Part shown: piece by piece, positions 51,264-55,211 of the stretch
How positions within the stretch are numbered: position 1 is the first letter of the stretch
How the letters are laid out: every line of letters begins with the position of its first letter
Assembly: GCA_018824145.1 (NCBI GenBank)
Contig: JAHJHC010000041.1
Span: 1 to 55,211, forward strand
DNA: 55,211 nt
Source of the DNA: Candidatus Omnitrophota bacterium
Lineage (GTDB): Bacteria > Omnitrophota > Gorgyraeia > Gorgyraeales > Gorgyraeaceae
Direction of reading: 5' to 3'
Notes under the pieces: model-generated
Seen by the model: only the letters and a program-made list of their open reading frames with translations
What the model was told of the DNA's origin: nothing
Databases searched by the model: none
Position numbers and translations under genes: made by a program

Positions 51264-54200
51264 ATGATGAACTTTAAAAGAATTAATAATTTAAAGGTTA
51301 GAGCATTATTTATATGTCTATTATTTATTTTAAACACCTCTGTATATGGTATAGAGATATCTAATAAAACGCACCTCAGGATACCGTTTGCAACTGCAAT
51401 GGATAGTGATGGTGTTCGTGGAGGAGCCCCAGGGTTTATAACAAAATTTCAATATTTAGTCGCAGAACAATGGATTGGGAAGAATAATGCATTGAGCTCA
51501 GAAAATAGGCGGGAGGATTTAGAAGCGGAGTTTGGCGTAGAAGGCGAGATAAAAATATATATTGTCCCGGGTTTTTTGAAAGGCACAAGTCTGCCAGCTT
51601 ATTTGAAAACTAGAGCAGGTATTGTCATTGTGGATGCTGATACTTTTAATCAAGAAGACGGAAAAATATTATTACAACATGAGGTAGAGGAACTTGCAGT
51701 GACAATTAAGTACAGAGACAGAGATTCCGAATTTGCACGTATACCTGATTCAGAAGAACGTAAGCAGGCATTTGCTGAATATTTAGATACAGGTGATCCT
51801 GATGAGATTAGAGCTTTGTTGTTGAGCTTTCACGATCACGATAGTGTAACTCGATTACCTGCAAGGCTCGTGGAACTAATTAGAGATGTAGAAGTGGAGG
51901 AATCACCTATACGACGGGCTGAAGTACCTGACGCAGATAGGCCAGTACGTGGAGCAGGATTTTCTAGACGAGATTTCCTTAGATTTACAACAGAAATGCT
52001 AGCTCTACCAACATTAGAATCAGTTTATCGAACGCTGCATAGAGGCATATCAACAACTGCTGCTGTTGTAGACCTAAGGGCTAGAAGAGTAACCGCGGAG
52101 GGACAAACACTGGAACCTGGATTTGTTGTTTCGCTATATACTGTTATAGAGGAAGGCAGTTGGCCTTACAGTGTTGGCGGTGGCATGAAGGCTTCAGTTA
52201 CACTTTTACCTCAAGAAACAGGTTATGCTACGGCAGTTGTTAATAAAGAAGGAAGCGAGGTAACACTTCTTAATGCAAGAGGAGAAGGAATTACAATTAC
52301 ATTACCGGGTGGTACAAATGTAAATGTAGATCAGCCCATAGCTATTGGTGATTTCAATGGTGATGGTCAGTTCAAGCTTGTAATTATGCGTAACATAGAG
52401 GATGGAGTAGATGTTATAGCTGTAGATATAAATACTGGTACAGTAGAATGGCAACAAGAGATTCCTGGAGTAACGAGTGGTAGAGGAGTGGCGGTAGGGA
52501 ATAATGTTATAGGAGCAGGTCAGCAAATAGTTGCTGTAACAGGAGAGAAAGTAGTACTATTAGATTCGGGTAATGGAAATGTGATCTGGGAAAAGGAGTT
52601 TCTTCTTAGTGATTCAAAGGTACCGCCGGTTTTGGCTGATGTTACAGGCGATGGTTTAGAGAATGTAATAGTTGCAGATATGGAACGTGTTTATGTTTTA
52701 GATAGGTTTGGAGAAATTTTATGGAGTACAGAGTCGTTAGTACACGATCCTATATCAGGGAATAAGATTGAGCATATTTCAGATATTGTGGCTGGAGATA
52801 TTGACGGTGACGGGAAGATAAAGATTGTAGTAGGAACAGGCAATCAATCTACCCCTACTGGCTACGGTGTCGATAGGGATATTTATGTACTTGATGGTCA
52901 GACAGGTGAAGTGTTGCATAGGCATGAGATTTCAGTATTAGTGCCTCTTATTTATGATGTTAAGTTATCGCTTGGCGATGTTATGGGAGATGGGATAGTC
53001 AGGATTGTAGCGACGTATGGTTACGGGATCATTGTTTTAAATCCGGATTTGACAACATTATGGGAGACTTCTGTGGACTGGCGATGGTATCCATCAGCAG
53101 CTGCAATTGCTGACATAGATGATGATGGAATTTGTGAAGTAATAGTTCCTTTTAGTAGAGATGATAAGAAATACCTTGGTGCATGGCGTGGTGATGATGG
53201 TACAGAGATAGAAGAGTTTACGTTAGAGATGGAACAGAATTGGACATTACAGCCTGGGATAAGAGACTTCGATGGGGATGGAAGGATGGAACTTGTTATC
53301 AATGCAGAAACTTCGGGTCCAGGTAACATTTATGCATTTGAGGTAATAATTGGTAGTGCTGGACTTGTTGAATGGGAACAAGATAGGGGAGATGGACGAA
53401 AGACAGGATATTATGGTGAGGCCCCATCCCCAATTTATATAGGCATGCCTACAATAGCGTGGCAATATAAGTATGGAGGAGCGGGATCAGATGAGTTTCA
53501 TAGAGTTATTAGGAGCTCTGCAGGAGGCTATATTATAGCAGGTAACAAGAGTATTAATGATGGAGAAGTAGCAGGTTGGATTGTTAAGTTTGATACAAAT
53601 GGGGTATTTGCAGGCGAATTTACATTTGGTTCTATCGGAAATAATGGCTTTAGAGATATTATAGAAACTGGAGATGGTGGTTTTCTGGCAGCAGGGTGGG
53701 GTTATGACCAGGATGGAAGATTGTACATGCGGGCAGTTAAGTTAAGCTCTGATTTAGAGGTAGAATGGGAGAGTATGTTCGGAGTAGAAGCTGAAAATAT
53801 ATATGCCAAATCTGTTGTTGAGGCTGATGATGGTGGATATGTGTTTGTGGGGACTGCAAACGATTATATTTTTGTAATAAAAATTGATTCTTCAGGAGAA
53901 GTCGTATGGCGTGAGCAGATGCCAAGTGCTCACGATATTTGTTCATATGCCAGTGATATTGCCAGGAGACAGGGTGGCGGATTTATTGTAGTAGGGTCTG
54001 AAGTTGAGGAGACATTTAATTATAGTACAGATATAGTGGTATATAACCTTGATGAATTTGGGCAGGTGGAAGGGGGCGTGCAATATATAAGCACGGCAAC
54101 TCATGAATCGATGAATTGTATTATTCCTACAGCAGATGGTGGATTTATTATGGGTGGCTGGGTAAGATGGCAGCCTGATTGGCCGGAGACAAAAGATGCG

Positions 54201-55025
54201 TTGGTTATTAAGTTTGGACATGATCTTAATGTAGAGTGGAAGAGACAGTTTTATGTACCTACACCACTAATTGGTGTTAATTTTGGTGCAGAAGAAATCA
54301 CCTCAATTATAGAGTTGCCTGATGGTAGATATGTTGTAGTAGGAAGTTATAAAAAGGCCAGGTATCCTCTTACTGGTACACACGATGTTTTCGTTGCTGT
54401 ATTGCGTCCTGATGGGACAGTGGAAGGCATAAGGATACTTACCGAACATGATGATGGTATAAATGATATAGTAAGGGATATAATGTTAGGGACAGATGGA
54501 AGATATGTTATGGTTGGAGCCACGGAGAATAATAGTGCAGGAGGGTTAGATGGATGGGTATTTGGCGATTCAAAAGATATAGGAGCAAGAGTATATTTGC
54601 CAACAGTTTTAAGGCAGGCTCTATCCCAGCCACAGACTGGAGCGCTTACAGCTACATTCATACCGATAGGATCTGAACGATCTCCAATTTCTCTAACAGA
54701 ATTGCACGATACAGTAGTGTTATTTTTAGGTGACGGAGCAATGGCTAATCCAGAGGGATTCAGAGATGCACTGAGTCAACTTCCTGAAAATAATAGAGCA
54801 GTAGTAATAACAGATTCACCGGAAGATTTTCATAGTTTTTGTGTTGATTTTCATTTGTTAGATTTTGATATTTTTATAAGAACACCAGCACAATTAGGTT
54901 TGGCAGATTTTGATTTGGAACAATTCTGGGCTACAATAGTTGGCATTGATCTTCAGTGCATACCTTTAGCTGACGACCTTTGTAGTCAATATAAAGCTTT
55001 GGAAAGAGCAAGAGACGAAGTTTAA
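51264..55025 (+). CDS. Large secreted FG-GAP/VCBS-repeat protein with a second beta-propeller-like repeat domain
   Basis: GGAGG (51253-51257) lies 6 nt before the ATG at 51264 (ORF track: 51219). Signal peptide MMNFKRINNLKVRALFICLLFILNTSVYG. Six or more FG-GAP-like units (GDFNGDGQFKLVI, ADVTGDGLENVIV, GDIDGDGKIKIVV, GDVMGDGIVRIV, ADIDDDGICEVIV, RDFDGDGRMELVI). Then seven units of the type (D/G)GG(Y/F)I..G (SAGGYIIAGN, GDGGFLAAGW, DDGGYVFVGT, QGGGFIVVGS, ADGGFIMGGW, PDGRYVVVGS, TDGRYVMVGA). Confidence 0.7.
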   Translation: MMNFKRINNLKVRALFICLLFILNTSVYGIEISNKTHLRIPFATAMDSDGVRGGAPGFITKFQYLVAEQWIGKNNALSSENRREDLEAEFGVEGEIKIYIVPGFLKGTSLPAYLKTRAGIVIVDADTFNQEDGKILLQHEVEELAVTIKYRDRDSEFARIPDSEERKQAFAEYLDTGDPDEIRALLLSFHDHDSVTRLPARLVELIRDVEVEESPIRRAEVPDADRPVRGAGFSRRDFLRFTTEMLALPTLESVYRTLHRGISTTAAVVDLRARRVTAEGQTLEPGFVVSLYTVIEEGSWPYSVGGGMKASVTLLPQETGYATAVVNKEGSEVTLLNARGEGITITLPGGTNVNVDQPIAIGDFNGDGQFKLVIMRNIEDGVDVIAVDINTGTVEWQQEIPGVTSGRGVAVGNNVIGAGQQIVAVTGEKVVLLDSGNGNVIWEKEFLLSDSKVPPVLADVTGDGLENVIVADMERVYVLDRFGEILWSTESLVHDPISGNKIEHISDIVAGDIDGDGKIKIVVGTGNQSTPTGYGVDRDIYVLDGQTGEVLHRHEISVLVPLIYDVKLSLGDVMGDGIVRIVATYGYGIIVLNPDLTTLWETSVDWRWYPSAAAIADIDDDGICEVIVPFSRDDKKYLGAWRGDDGTEIEEFTLEMEQNWTLQPGIRDFDGDGRMELVINAETSGPGNIYAFEVIIGSAGLVEWEQDRGDGRKTGYYGEAPSPIYIGMPTIAWQYKYGGAGSDEFHRVIRSSAGGYIIAGNKSINDGEVAGWIVKFDTNGVFAGEFTFGSIGNNGFRDIIETGDGGFLAAGWGYDQDGRLYMRAVKLSSDLEVEWESMFGVEAENIYAKSVVEADDGGYVFVGTANDYIFVIKIDSSGEVVWREQMPSAHDICSYASDIARRQGGGFIVVGSEVEETFNYSTDIVVYNLDEFGQVEGGVQYISTATHESMNCIIPTADGGFIMGGWVRWQPDWPETKDALVIKFGHDLNVEWKRQFYVPTPLIGVNFGAEEITSIIELPDGRYVVVGSYKKARYPLTGTHDVFVAVLRPDGTVEGIRILTEHDDGINDIVRDIMLGTDGRYVMVGATENNSAGGLDGWVFGDSKDIGARVYLPTVLRQALSQPQTGALTATFIPIGSERSPISLTELHDTVVLFLGDGAMANPEGFRDALSQLPENNRAVVITDSPEDFHSFCVDFHLLDFDIFIRTPAQLGLADFDLEQFWATIVGIDLQCIPLADDLCSQYKALERARDEV

Positions 55026-55170
55026 TAGTTATAGTAAGACCTTTCTCACTTTCCAGGCACCAAGAGATTTATGTTATAAAATAGTGAAATGTCCGGTTTA
55101 TTAACAAATGAAATGTCCGCTTTCAAAGCGGGATATGGTAATATGCGTAGCTTAACTATGGAGGTTAGTT

Positions 55171-55211
55171 ATGCAGGTATATTATCCAGAATCCGCACTG
55201 GAGCGGGCAAT
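55171..55211 (+). CDS. Start of an unidentified CDS running off the window (MQVYYPESALERA...)
   Basis: The ATG at 55171 is preceded by GGAGG (55160-55164) at 6-nt spacing. Only 13 codons are visible, so the product is unknown. Confidence 0.3.
   Translation, partial: MQVYYPESALERA

Noticed and set aside
55051-55080. Possible promoter (TATAAA at 55075-55080) for the ORF starting at 55171.
   Set aside because: The -35 region (TCCAGG) is poor, and such AT-rich hexamers are frequent in this DNA.
1-55211. Search for tRNA/rRNA genes, CRISPR arrays, transposase or integrase genes, terminal inverted repeats and phage-like genes.
   Set aside because: I saw no cloverleaf-like or rRNA-like segments, and no regularly spaced 25-40-nt repeats. 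No ORF has transposase, integrase or recombinase motifs. Nearly the whole window is occupied by the + strand CDSs described.

Overview
This is a 55.2-kb AT-rich window in which every credible gene lies on the + strand.

**Giant ORF (nt 47-30556).** This is one uninterrupted ORF of at least 10,169 codons. The frame stays open back to nt 2, so the gene probably starts upstream of the window. It is not an NRPS/PKS and not a repetitive adhesin. By eye it is a chain of soluble modules strung between roughly 60-70 hydrophobic helices. The modules are:
- a canonical DnaJ J-domain with HPD, placed after about 17 TM helices
- an (alpha/alpha)6 glucoamylase/beta-1,2-glucanase-like region
- two DUF89/ARMT1-like modules flanking a left-handed beta-helix
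- three arrays totalling about ten LuxR/GerE-type HTH units
- an ABC1/UbiB-like kinase motif
- a C-terminal enzyme cassette: P-loop kinase-like, glycerol-1-phosphate-dehydrogenase/Fe-ADH-like, and CxxxCxxC radical-SAM-like

The modules are stitched together by a recurring junction element (Gly-rich stretch, Q-x-F/V motif, Trp, TM helix, basic cluster). Some copies are conserved at the nucleotide level.

**Downstream locus (30.6-55.0 kb).** A near-consensus sigma70-type promoter precedes a tightly packed glycan-utilisation locus. It encodes a CUT1-type ABC binding lipoprotein, two permeases (no ATPase), a ROK regulator, GH42, GH94, a GH57-like protein, a beta-barrel OMP, a second GH94-like protein and two GH99-like proteins (one with a CBM9-like tail). 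These are followed by a TPR/jelly-roll sensor kinase, an OmpR-type regulator and a ~1,250-aa secreted FG-GAP/beta-propeller protein.

I saw no rRNA, tRNA, CRISPR array or mobile element. All domain calls come from by-eye motif recognition on the supplied translations and need HMM or structure confirmation.
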